Assembly (NCBI GenBank): GCA_048128005.1
Contig: JBEUKZ010000079.1
Location: forward strand, 62,001-126,000
Source of the DNA: Veleropilina oligotropha
Lineage: Eukaryota
Length of the DNA: 64,000 bases
Direction: 5' to 3'
Of this stretch, positions 22,786 through 35,800 are shown piece after piece (position 1 is the stretch's first letter; each line of letters begins with the position of its first letter). The position numbers and the translations under genes are program-made. The notes under the pieces were generated by a model, which worked only from the letters and a program-made list of their open reading frames with translations, ran no database searches and was not told where the DNA came from.

Positions 22786-25700
22786 ATGCATACATGTGTG
22801 CCCATAGTGGTTGAAGTGAACTACTATTGATGTCTGTAGTCGACATTTATCAAATTTACGTGATAAAATCGAAAAATAGGAAGTGCCTCGGCGGCCATTA
22901 AAGCATTTGTTTCAAGTGGCAATATATCAAAAGGATGCACCGCAGACACATAGTTACTATGGGGAGCCTATGGGAAGTCATGGTTCATCTTTCACATGTG
23001 ACCTTGACCTTTGACCTCAGTTGACCTACATTGCAGTAAATGACCTAATTAAGGAAAACGCCCTATTTTTGCCAGAAAATGGTCACGAAATGGCCAACTC
23101 GGTTAATATTGATGCTAGAGCTTAGATATTTTGAATGGAAATAATAAAAAAATTCGATCTAAAAACTTTCAATTTTTTTTAAAAAATTTTAAAAAAATTT
23201 AAAAATATCCTAAAATTTTTAGAATATCCAGGAATATAACTTGGAGCCCTATACAGCTGCTAGCAGCTTTAATTATTATTATTATTATTATTATTATTCT
23301 CCGGAAGTTGTGTCAGACCTAGCGCCTAAACTGCTATAGCTGCATAGTTGTAAGTTGCCATATAGTTAGTACTATAGCTGAATTGACGCATACAACTTTT
23401 TGAGTCACATGACCGCGTCGGTTTATCGGCCATCTTGTATTACGTCATAAACTAGCTTCTTTTATAACTTTGTCAATATTTAACCTAGAGCGACATGATT
23501 AGTATATTCGGATGCCAGAGTCGTTTGTCAAAAATGTCATGAGAGTGGATTTTTGAATTTTTAATTTAACCGGCGGCCATACTGAAATCAATTTAAAATG
23601 GCGATATCTTGGAAATGATGCAACGTAGACCCATGGTTACTATGGGGAGCCTATGGGAAGTCATGGGTGGGCTTTCGAAAATGACCTTGACCTTTGACCT
23701 CAGGTGACCTACATTGCAGTAAATGACCTAATTAAGGAAAAATGCATACATGTGTGCCCATAGTGGTTGAAGTGAACTACTATTGATGTCTGTAGTCGAC
23801 ATTTATCAAATTTACGTGATAAAATCGAAAAACAGGAAGTGCCTCGGCGGCCATTAAAGCATTTGTTTCAAGTGGCAATATATCAAAAAGGATGCACCGC
23901 AGACACATAGTTACTATGGGGAGCCTATGGGAAGTCATGGTTCATCTTTCACATGTGACCTTGACCTTTGACCTCAGTTGACCTACATTGCAGGATATGA
24001 CCTAATTAAGGAAAAATGCATACATGTGTGCCCATAGTGGTTGAAGTGAACTACTATTGATGTCTGTAGTCGACATTTATCAAATTTACGTGATAAAAGC
24101 GGAAAACAGGAAGTGCCTCGGCGGCCATTAAAGCATTTGTTGCAAGTGGCAATATATCAAAACGGATGCACCGCAGACACATAGTTACTATGGGGAGCCT
24201 ATGGGAAGTCATGGTTCATCTTTCACATGTGACCTTGACCTTTGACCTCAGTTGACCTACATTGCAGTAAATGACCTAATTAAGGAAAAATGCATACATG
24301 TGTGCCCATAGTGGTTGAAGTGAACTACTATTGATGTCTGTAGTCGACATTTATCAAATTTACGTGATGAAATCGAAAAACAGGAAGTGCCTCGGCGGCC
24401 ATTAAAGCATTTGTTTCAAGTGGCAATATATCAAAAAGGATGCACCGCAGACACTTAGTTACTATGGGGAGCCTATGGGAAGTCATGGTTCATCTTTCAC
24501 ATGTGACCTTGACCTTTGACCTCTGTTGACCTACATTGCAGTAAATGACCTAATTAAGGAAAACGCCCTATTTTTGCCAGAAAATGGTCACGAAATGGCC
24601 AACTCGGTTAATATTGATGCTAGAGCTTAGATATTTTGAATGGAAATAATAAAAAAATTCGATCTAAAAAAAGCAAAATGGCCGCCATATTTCCTTGAAA
24701 GGCCATACCTCGAGAACGACGTGTCGTACAGACCTCAAATTTACGGCATTCCATTCAGAGTGACCTATATATATATATTAATATAATTTTATTGGAAAAA
24801 AGTTTACGAAAAACTTTCAATTTTTTTTACAAATTTAAAAAAAAATTAAAAAATTAAATTTTTTTTATAATATCCAGGAATATAACTTGGAGCCCTATAC
24901 AGCTGCTAGCAGCTTTAATTAGGGCTCCAAAAATTTTTTTTTGGAGACCTATTGTTTTTATATTTATTTTTATTATTATTCTTATTAGGGCTCCAAAAAT
25001 TTTTTTTTGGAGACCTATTGTTTTTATTGTGATTTTTATTCTTATTATTATTATTATTCTCCGGAAGTTGTGGCAGTCCTAGCGCCTAAACTGCTATAGC
25101 TGCATAGTTGTAAGTTGCCATATAGTTACTACTATAGCTGAATTGATGCATACAACTTTTTGAGCCACATGACCGCGTCGGTTTGTCGGCCATCTTGGAT
25201 TACGTCATAAACTAGCTTCTTTTATAACTTTCTTAATATTTAACCTAGAGCGACATGATTAGTATATTCGGATGCCAGAGTCGCTTGTCAAAAATGTCAT
25301 GAGAGTGGATTTTTGAATTTTTAATTTAACCGGCGGCCATAGTGAAATCAATTTAAAATGGCTATACCTTGGAAATGATGCAACGTAGACCCATGGTTAC
25401 TATGGGGAGCCTATGGGAAGTCATGGGTGGGCTTTCGAAAATGACCTTGACCTTTGACCTCAGGTGACCTACATTGCAGGAAATGACCTAATTAAGGAAA
25501 AATGCATACATGTGTGCCCATAGTGGTTGAAGTGAACTACTATTGATGTCTGTAGTCGACATTTATCAAATTTACGTGATAAAATCGAAAAACAGGAAGT
25601 GCCTCGGCGGCCATTAAAGCATTTGCTTCAAGTGGCAATATATAAAAAAGGATGCACCGCAGACACATAGTTACTATGGGGAGCCTATGGGAAGTCATGG

Positions 25701-25825
25701 TTCATCTTTCACATGTGACCTTGACCTTTGACCTCAGTTGACCTACATTGCAGTAAATGACCTAATTAAAAAAAACGCTGATTTTTGAATTTTTAATTTA
25801 ACCGGCGGCCATAGTGAAATCAATT

Positions 25826-26525
25826 ATATTAAGCGTCCATACACCCCTATTTGTTACCCAAATTATATCGTGGAAAATTTTTAATTTGGCCGAAATTCAC
25901 CTATTACCACTGTTAGTTAACAGTGGTAATAGGTGCTTCCTAATCTCCGTATTGCATCGCATTGCTTGGCTTAATACATTTTTCCACGATATAATTTGGG
26001 TACTTAATAGGGGTGTATGGACGCTTAATATAATTTTTATCGTATAACTTCATACGACGTGTTCAAGCTAGAATGATATATTAATCATTTCCGTTAGCGT
26101 TTAAACTCTGTATGTGAAAATAATCGCCCATACACCCCTATTAGTTAACAGTGGTAATAGGTGAATTTCGGCCAAATTTTATTTTTAACACCTATTACCA
26201 CCTATCACCAGGAATGCTTGTTGACCAATTAGGAAGCATCCTTATGATTCGTAGAATCCTATCTTTATTCCTCCTAGACGTGTGGTTTTGGCTTTGGTCA
26301 TGCGGATTATATAGAGAAGCAATTTGTGAGGTCTCCGTATTGCATCGCATCGCATGGCTTAATACATTTTTCCAAATTATATCGTGGAAAAATTTAAATT
26401 TGGCCGAAATTCACCTATTACCACTGTTAACTAATAGGGTTGTATGGGCGATTATTTTCACATACAGAGTTTAAACGCTAATGGAAATGATTAATATATC
26501 ATTATATGATGATAATTAACGAAAC
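25826..26525. repeat. 700-bp foldback-rich insert (copy 2)
   Basis: Near-identical to 22086-22785 at offset 3740. Confidence 0.85.
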
Positions 26526-28780
26526 ATGCATACATGTGTGCCCATAGTGGTTGAAGTGAACTACTATTGATGTCTGTAGTCGACATTTATCAAATTTACG
26601 TGATAAAATCGAAAAATAGGAAGTGCCTCGGCGGCCATTAAAGCATTTGTTTCAAGTGGCAATATATCAAAAGGATGCACCGCAGACACATAGTTACTAT
26701 GGGGAGCCTATGGGAAGTCATGGTTCATCTTTCACATGTGACCTTGACCTTTGACCTCAGTTGACCTACATTGCAGTAAATGACCTAATTAAGGAAAACG
26801 CCCTATTTTTGCCAGAAAATGGTCACGAAATGGCCAACTCGGTTAATATTGATGCTAGAGCTTAGATATTTTGAATGGAAATAATAAAAAAATTCGATCT
26901 AAAAACTTTCAATTTTTTTTAAAAAATTTTAAAAAAATTTAAAAATATCCTAAAATTTTTAGAATATCCAGGAATATAACTTGGAGCCCTATACAGCTGC
27001 TAGCAGCTTTAATTATTATTATTATTATTATTATTATTCTCCGGAAGTTGTGTCAGACCTAGCGCCTAAACTGCTATAGCTGCATAGTTGTAAGTTGCCA
27101 TATAGTTAGTACTATAGCTGAATTGACGCATACAACTTTTTGAGTCACATGACCGCGTCGGTTTATCGGCCATCTTGTATTACGTCATAAACTAGCTTCT
27201 TTTATAACTTTGTCAATATTTAACCTAGAGCGACATGATTAGTATATTCGGATGCCAGAGTCGTTTGTCAAAAATGTCATGAGAGTGGATTTTTGAATTT
27301 TTAATTTAACCGGCGGCCATACTGAAATCAATTTAAAATGGCGATATCTTGGAAATGATGCAACGTAGACCCATGGTTACTATGGGGAGCCTATGGGAAG
27401 TCATGGGTGGGCTTTCGAAAATGACCTTGACCTTTGACCTCAGGTGACCTACATTGCAGTAAATGACCTAATTAAGGAAAAATGCATACATGTGTGCCCA
27501 TAGTGGTTGAAGTGAACTACTATTGATGTCTGTAGTCGACATTTATCAAATTTACGTGATAAAATCGAAAAACAGGAAGTGCCTCGGCGGCCATTAAAGC
27601 ATTTGTTTCAAGTGGCAATATATCAAAAAGGATGCACCGCAGACACATAGTTACTATGGGGAGCCTATGGGAAGTCATGGTTCATCTTTCACATGTGACC
27701 TTGACCTTTGACCTCAGTTGACCTACATTGCAGGATATGACCTAATTAAGGAAAAATGCATACATGTGTGCCCATAGTGGTTGAAGTGAACTACTATTGA
27801 TGTCTGTAGTCGACATTTATCAAATTTACGTGATAAAAGCGGAAAACAGGAAGTGCCTCGGCGGCCATTAAAGCATTTGTTGCAAGTGGCAATATATCAA
27901 AACGGATGCACCGCAGACACATAGTTACTATGGGGAGCCTATGGGAAGTCATGGTTCATCTTTCACATGTGACCTTGACCTTTGACCTCAGTTGACCTAC
28001 ATTGCAGTAAATGACCTAATTAAGGAAAAATGCATACATGTGTGCCCATAGTGGTTGAAGTGAACTACTATTGATGTCTGTAGTCGACATTTATCAAATT
28101 TACGTGATGAAATCGAAAAACAGGAAGTGCCTCGGCGGCCATTAAAGCATTTGTTTCAAGTGGCAATATATCAAAAAGGATGCACCGCAGACACTTAGTT
28201 ACTATGGGGAGCCTATGGGAAGTCATGGTTCATCTTTCACATGTGACCTTGACCTTTGACCTCTGTTGACCTACATTGCAGTAAATGACCTAATTAAGGA
28301 AAACGCCCTATTTTTGCCAGAAAATGGTCACGAAATGGCCAACTCGGTTAATATTGATGCTAGAGCTTAGATATTTTGAATGGAAATAATAAAAAAATTC
28401 GATCTAAAAAAAGCAAAATGGCCGCCATATTTCCTTGAAAGGCCATACCTCGAGAACGACGTGTCGTACAGACCTCAAATTTACGGCATTCCATTCAGAG
28501 TGACCTATATATATATATTAATATAATTTTATTGGAAAAAAGTTTACGAAAAACTTTCAATTTTTTTTACAAATTTAAAAAAAAATTAAAAAATTAAAAT
28601 TTTTTTATAATATCCAGGAATATAACTTGGAGCCCTATACAGCTGCTAGCAGCTTTAATTAGGGCTCCAAAAATTTTTTTTTGGAGACCTATTGTTTTTA
28701 TATTTATTTTTATTATTATTCTTATTAGGGCTCCAAAAATTTTTTTTTGGAGACCTATTGTTTTTATTGTGATTTTTATT

Positions 28781-28841
28781 AGGGCTCCAAAAAATTTTTT
28801 TTGGAGACCTATTGTTTTTATATTTATTTTTATTATTATTC

Positions 28842-28879
<38 letters not shown>

Positions 28880-29801
28880 AAGTTGTGTCAGTCCTAGCGC
28901 CTAAACTGCTATAGCTGCATAGTTGTAAGTTGCCATATAGTTACTACTATAGCTGAATTGATGCATACAACTTTTTGAGTCACATGACCGCGTCGGTTTG
29001 TCGGCCATCTTGGATTACGTCATAAACTAGCTTCTTTGATAACTTTGTTAATATTTAACCTAGCGGGACATGATTAGTATATTCGGATGCCAGAGTCGCT
29101 TGTCAAAAATGTCATGAGAGTGGATTTTTGAATTTTTAATTTAACCGGCGGCCATAGTGAAATCAATTTAAAATGGCTATACCTTGGAAATGATGCAACG
29201 TAGACCCATGGTTACTATGGGGAGCCTATGGGAAGTCATGGGTGGGCTTTCGAAAATGACCTTGACCTTTGACCTCAGGTGACCTACATTGCAGGAAATG
29301 ACCTAATTAAGGAAAAATGCATACATGTGTGCCCATAGTGGTTGAAGTGAACTACTATTGATGTCTGTAGTCGACATTTATCAAATTTACGTGATAAAAT
29401 CGAAAAACAGGAAGTGCCTCGGCGGCCATTAAAGCATTTGTTTCAAGTGGCAATATATCAAAAAGGATGCACCGCAGACACATAGTTACTATGGGGAGCC
29501 TATGGGAAGTCATGGTTCATCTTTCACATGTGACCTTGACCTTTGACCTCAGTTGACCTACATTGCAGTAAATGACCTAATTAAGGAAAACGCCCTATTT
29601 TTGCCAGAAAATGGTCACGAAATGGCCAACTCGGTTAATATTGATGCTAGAGCTTAGATATTTTGAATGGAAATAATAAAAAAATTCGAAAAACTTTCAT
29701 TTTTTTTTTAAAATTTAAATTTTTTTTTTTAAAATTCTAAATTTTTTAGAATATCCAGGAATATAACTTGGAGCCCTATACAGCTGCTAGCAGCTTTAAT
29801 T
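28781..29801 (+). mobile_element. Complete subfamily-A HINE-like element (1021 bp), best reference copy
   Basis: Head AGGGCTCCAA...TTGGAGACCTA, (ATT)n, body, TTGGAGCCCTA plus hairpin. Absent from the paralogous site at 25040/25041, whose flanks are identical. Confidence 0.88.
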
Positions 29802-32800
29802 CTTATTATTATTATTATTCTCCGGAAGTTGTGGCAGTCCTAGCGCCTAAACTGCTATAGCTGCATAGTTGTAAGTTGCCATATAGTTACTACTATAGCT
29901 GAATTGATGCATACAACTTTTTGAGCCACATGACCGCGTCGGTTTGTCGGCCATCTTGGATTACGTCATAAACTAGCTTCTTTTATAACTTTCTTAATAT
30001 TTAACCTAGAGCGACATGATTAGTATATTCGGATGCCAGAGTCGCTTGTCAAAAATGTCATGAGAGTGGATTTTTGAATTTTTAATTTAACCGGCGGCCA
30101 TAGTGAAATCAATTTAAAATGGCTATACCTTGGAAATGATGCAACGTAGACCCATGGTTACTATGGGGAGCCTATGGGAAGTCATGGGTGGGCTTTCGAA
30201 AATGACCTTGACCTTTGACCTCAGGTGACCTACATTGCAGGAAATGACCTAATTAAGGAAAAATGCATACATGTGTGCCCATAGTGGTTGAAGTGAACTA
30301 CTATTGATGCCTGTAGTCGCCATTTATCAAATTTACGTGATAAAATCGAAAAACAGGAAGTGCCTCGGCGGCCATTAAAGCATTTGTTTCAAGTGGCAAT
30401 ATATAAAAAAGGATGCACCGCAGACACATAGTTGCTATGGGGAGCCTATGGGAAGGCATGGTTCATCTTTCACATGTGACCTTGACCTTTGACCTCAGTT
30501 GACCTACATTGTAGTAAATGACCTAATTAAGGAAAACGCCCTATTTTTTCCAGAAAATGGTCACGAAATGGCCAACTCGGTTAATACCTAAACTGCTATA
30601 GCTGCATAGTTGTAAGTTGCCATATAGTTACTACTATAGCTGAATTGATGCATACAACTTTTTGAGTCACATGACCGCGTCGGTTTGTCGGCCATCTTGG
30701 ATTACGTCATAAACTAGCTTCTTTTATAACTTTCTTAATATTTAATTAGGGCTCCAAAAATTTTTTTTTGGAGACCTATTGTTTTTATATTTATTAGGGC
30801 TCCAAAAATTTTTTTTTGGAGACCTATTGTTTTTATATTTATTTTTATTATTATTCTTATTATTATTCTCCGGAAGTTGTGTCAAGCCTAGCGCCTAAAC
30901 TGCTATAGCGGCATAGTTGTAAGTTGCCATATAGTTACTACTATAGCTGAATTGATGCATACAACTTTTTGAGTCACATGACCGCGTCCGTTTGTCGGCC
31001 ATCTTGGATTACTTCATAAACTAGCTTCTTTTATAACTTTGTTAATATTTAACCTAGAGCGACATGATTTATATATTCAGATGCCAAAGTCGTTTGTCTA
31101 AAATCTTATCAAAGCGGATTTTTGAATTTTTAATTTAACCGGCGGCCATAGTGAAATCAATTTAAAATGGCTATATCTTGGAAATGATGCAACGTAGACC
31201 CATGGTTACTATGGGGAGCCTATGGGAAGTCATGGGTGGGCTTTCGAAAATGACCTTGACCTTTGACCTCAGGTGACCTACATTGCAGGAAATGACCTAT
31301 TTAAGGAAAAATGCATACATGTGTGCCCATAGTGGTTGAAGTGAACTACTATTGATGTCTGTAGTCGACATTTATCAAATTTACGTGATAAAAGCGGAAA
31401 ACAGGAAGTGCTTGGCGGCCATTAAAGCATTTGTTACAAGTGGCAATATATCAAAACGGATGCACCGCAGACACATAGTTACTATGGGGAGCCTATGGGA
31501 AGTCATGGTTCATCTTTCACATGTGACCTTGACCTTTGACCTCAGTTGACCTACATTGCAGTAAATGACCTAATTAAGAAAAACGCCCAATTTTTGCCAG
31601 AAAATGGTCACGAAATGGCCAACTCGGTTAATATTGATGCTAGAGCTTAGATATTTTGAATGGAAATAATAAAAAAATTCGATCTAAAAACTTTCAATTT
31701 TTTTTTAAAAATTTAATTTTTTTTTTTAAAAATCTTAAATTTTTTAGAATATCGAGAATTATAACTTGGAGCCCTATACAGCTGCTAGCAGCTTTTATTT
31801 TTATTAGGGCTCCAAAAATATTTTTTTGGAGACCTATTGTTTTTATATTTATTTTTATTCTTCTTATTATTATTATTATTATTATTATTCTCCGGAAGTT
31901 GTGTCGGTCCTAGCGCCTAAACTGCTATAGCTGCATAGTTGTAAGTTGCCATATAGTTACTACTATAGCTGAATTGACGCATACAACTTTTTGAGTCACA
32001 TGACCGCGTCGGTTTGTCGGCCATCTTGGATTACATCATAAACTAGCTTCTTTTATAACTTTCTTAATATTTAACCTAGCGGGACATGATTAGTATATTC
32101 GGATGCCAGAGTCCCTTGTCAAAAATGTCATGAGAGTGGATTTTTGAATTTTTAATTTAACCGGCGGCCATACTGAAATCAATTTAAAATGGCTATACCT
32201 TGGAAATGATGCAACGTAGACCCATGGTTACTATGGGGAGCCTATGGGAAGTCATGGGTGGGCTTTCGAAAATGACCTTGACCTTTGACCTCAGGTGACC
32301 TACATTGCAGGAAATGACCTAATTAAAGAAAAATGCCTACATGTGTGCCCATAGTGGTTGAAGTGAACTACTATTGATGTCTGTAGTCGACATTTATCAA
32401 ATTTACGTGATAAAAGCGGAAAACAGGAAGTGCCTCGGCGGCCATTAAAGCATTTGTTGCAAGTGGCAATATATCAAAACGGATGCGCCGCAGACACATA
32501 GTTACTATGGGGAGCCTATGGGAAGTCATGGTTCATCTTTCACATGTGACCTTGACCTTTGACCTCAGTTGACCTACATTGCAGAAAATGACCTAATTAA
32601 GGAAAACGCCCTATTTTTGCCAGAAAATGGTCACGAAATGGCCAACTCGGTTAATATTGATGCTAGAGCTTAGATTTTTTGAATGGAAATAATAAAAAAA
32701 TTCGATCTAAAAACTTTCAATTTTTTTTTAAAAATTTCAAAAAAAATTCAAAAAAATCTAAAAAATTTAGAATATCCAGTAATATAACTTGGAGCCCTAT

Positions 32801-35800
32801 ACAGCTGCTAGCAGCTTTAATTATTCTTATTATTATTAGGGCTCCAAAAATTTTTTTTTGGAGACCTATTGTTTTTATATTTATTAGGGCTCCAAAAATT
32901 TTTTTTTGGAGACCTATTGTTTTTATTGTGATTTTTATTCTTATTATTATTATTATTCTCCGGAAGTTGTGGCAGTCCTAGCGCCTAAACTGCTATAGCT
33001 GCATAGTTGTAAGTTGCCATATAGTTACTACTATAGCTGAATTGATGCATACAACTTTTTGAGTCACATGACCGCGTCGGTTTGTCGGCCATCTTGGATT
33101 ACGTCATAAACTAGCTTCTTTTATAACTTTCTTAATATTTAACCTAGAGCGACATGATTAGTATATTCGGATGCCAGAGTCGCTTGTCAAAAATGTCATG
33201 AGAGTGGATTTTTGAATTTTTAATTTAACCGGCGGCCATAGTGAAATCAATTTAAAATGGCTATACCTTGGAAATGATGCAACGTAGACCCATGGTTACT
33301 ATGGGGAGCCTATGGGAAGTCATGGGTGGGCTTTCGAAAATGACCTTGACCTTTGACCTCAGGTGACCTACATTGCAGGAAATGACCTAATTAAGGAAAA
33401 ATGCATACATGTGTGCCCATAGTGGTTGAAGTGAACTACTATTGATGCCTGTAGTCGCCATTTATCAAATTTACGTGATAAAATCGAAAAACAGGAAGTT
33501 CCTCGGCGGCCATTAAAGCATTTGTTTCAAGTGGCAATATATCAAAAAGGATGCACCACAGACACATAGTTGCTATGGGGAGCCTATGGGAAGTCATGGT
33601 TCATCTTTCACATGTGACCTTGACCTTTGACCTCAGTTGACCTACATTGCAGTAAATGACCTAATTAAGGAAAACGCCCTATTTTTGCCAGAAAATGGTC
33701 ACGAAATGGCCAACTCGGTTAATATTGATGCTAGAGCTTAGATATTTTGAATGGAAATAAAAAAAAAATTCGATCTAAAAACTTTCATATTTTTTTTTAA
33801 ATTTAAATTTTTTTTTTTAAAATTCTAAAAAATTTAGAATATCCAGGAATATAACTTGGAGCCCTATACAGCTGCTAGCAGCTTTAATTATTATTATTAT
33901 TATTCAGGGAAAGTTGTGTCAGTCCTAGCGCCTAAACTGCTATAGCTGCATAGTTGTAAGTTGCCATATAGTTAGTACTGTAGCTGAATTGATGCATACA
34001 ACTTTTTGAGTCACATGACCGCGTCGGTTTGTCGGCCATCTTGGATTACGTCATAAACTAGCTTCTTTTATAACTTTCTTAATATTTAACCTAGAGCGAC
34101 ATGATTAGTATATTCGGATGCCAGAGTCGCTTGTCAAAAATGTCATGAGGGTGGATTTTTGAATTTTTAATTTAACCGGCGGCCATAGTGAAATCAATTT
34201 AAAATGGCTATACCTTGGAAATGATGCAACGTAGGCCCATGGTTACTATGGGGAGCCTATGGGAAGTCATGGGTGGGCTTTCGAAAATGACCTTGACCTT
34301 TGACCTCAGGTGACCTACATTGCAGGAAATGACCTAATTAAGGAAAAATGCATACATGTGTGCCCATAGTGGTTGAAGTGAACTACTATTGATGTCTGTA
34401 GTTGACATTTATCAAATTTACGTGATAAAATCGAAAAACAGGAAGTGCCTCGGCGGCCATTAAAGCATTTGTTTCAAGTGGCAATATATAAAAAAGGATG
34501 CACCGCAGACACATAGTTACTATGGGGAGCCTATGGGAAGTCATGGTTCATCTTTCACATGTGACCTTGACCTTTGACCTCAGTTGACCTACATTGCAGT
34601 AAATGACCTAATTAAGGAAAACGCCCTATTTTTGCCAGAAAATGGTCACGAAATGGCCAACTCGGTTAATATTGATGCTAGAGCTTAGATATTTTGAATG
34701 GAAATAATAAAAAAATTCGAAAAACTTTCAATTTTTTTTCAAAATTTAAAAAAAAATTCAAAAATTCTAAATTTTTTAGAATATCCAGGAATATAACTTG
34801 GAGCCCTATACAGCTGCTAGCAGCTTTAATTTTTATTCTTATTATTCTTATTATTATTATTATTCATCAGAAGTTGTGTCAAGCCTAGCCCCTAAACTGC
34901 TATAGCTGCATAGTTGTAAGTTGCCATATAGTTACTACTATAGCTGAATTGATGCATACAACTTTTTGAGTCACATGACCGCGTCGGTTTGTCGGCCATC
35001 TTGGATTACGTCATAAACTAGCTTCTTTTATAACTTTGTTAATATTTAACCTAGAGCGACATGATTAGTATATTCGGATGCCAGAGTCGTTTGTCAAAAA
35101 TGTCATGAGAGTGGATTTTTGAATTTTTAATTTAACCGGCGGCCATAGTGAAATCAATTTAAAATGGCTATAGCTTGGAAATGATGCAACGTAGACCCAT
35201 GGTTACTATGGGGAGCCTATGGGAAGTCATGGGTGGGCTTTCGAAAATGACCTTGACCTTTGACCTCAGGTGACCTATATTGCAGGAAATGACCTAATTA
35301 AGGAAAAATGCATACATGTGTGCCCATAGTGGTTGAAGTGAACTACTATTGATGTCTGTAGTCGACATTTATCAAATTTACGTGATAAAATCGAAAAACA
35401 GGAAGTGCCTCGGCGGCCATTAAAGCATTTGTTGCAAGTGGCAATATATCAAAACGGATACACCGCAGACACATAGTTACTATGGGGAGCCTATGGGAAG
35501 TCATGGTTCATCTTTCACATGTGACCTTGACCTTTGACCTCAGTTGACCTACATTGCAGTAAATGACCTAATTAAGAAAAACGCCCTATTTTTGCCAGAA
35601 AATGGTCAAGAAATGGCCAACTCGGTTAATATTGATGCTAGAGCTTAGATATTTTGAATGGAAATAATAAAAAAATTCGAAAAACTTTCAATTTTTTTTT
35701 TAAATTTTTTTTTTTTTTTTTTAATTTCAATTTTTTTTAGAATATCCAGGAATATAACTTGGAGCCCTATACAGCTGCTAGCAGCTTTAATTATTATTAT

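Larger units (their letters stand above)
21700..30250 (+). repeat. Segmental tandem duplication, period 3740 bp, second copy carrying an extra 1021-bp element
   Basis: Identical ORFs at 22074/25814 and 22411/26151, plus shared private variants (TTTGCTTCA, TGAGCCACAT). Boundaries approximate. Confidence 0.88.
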
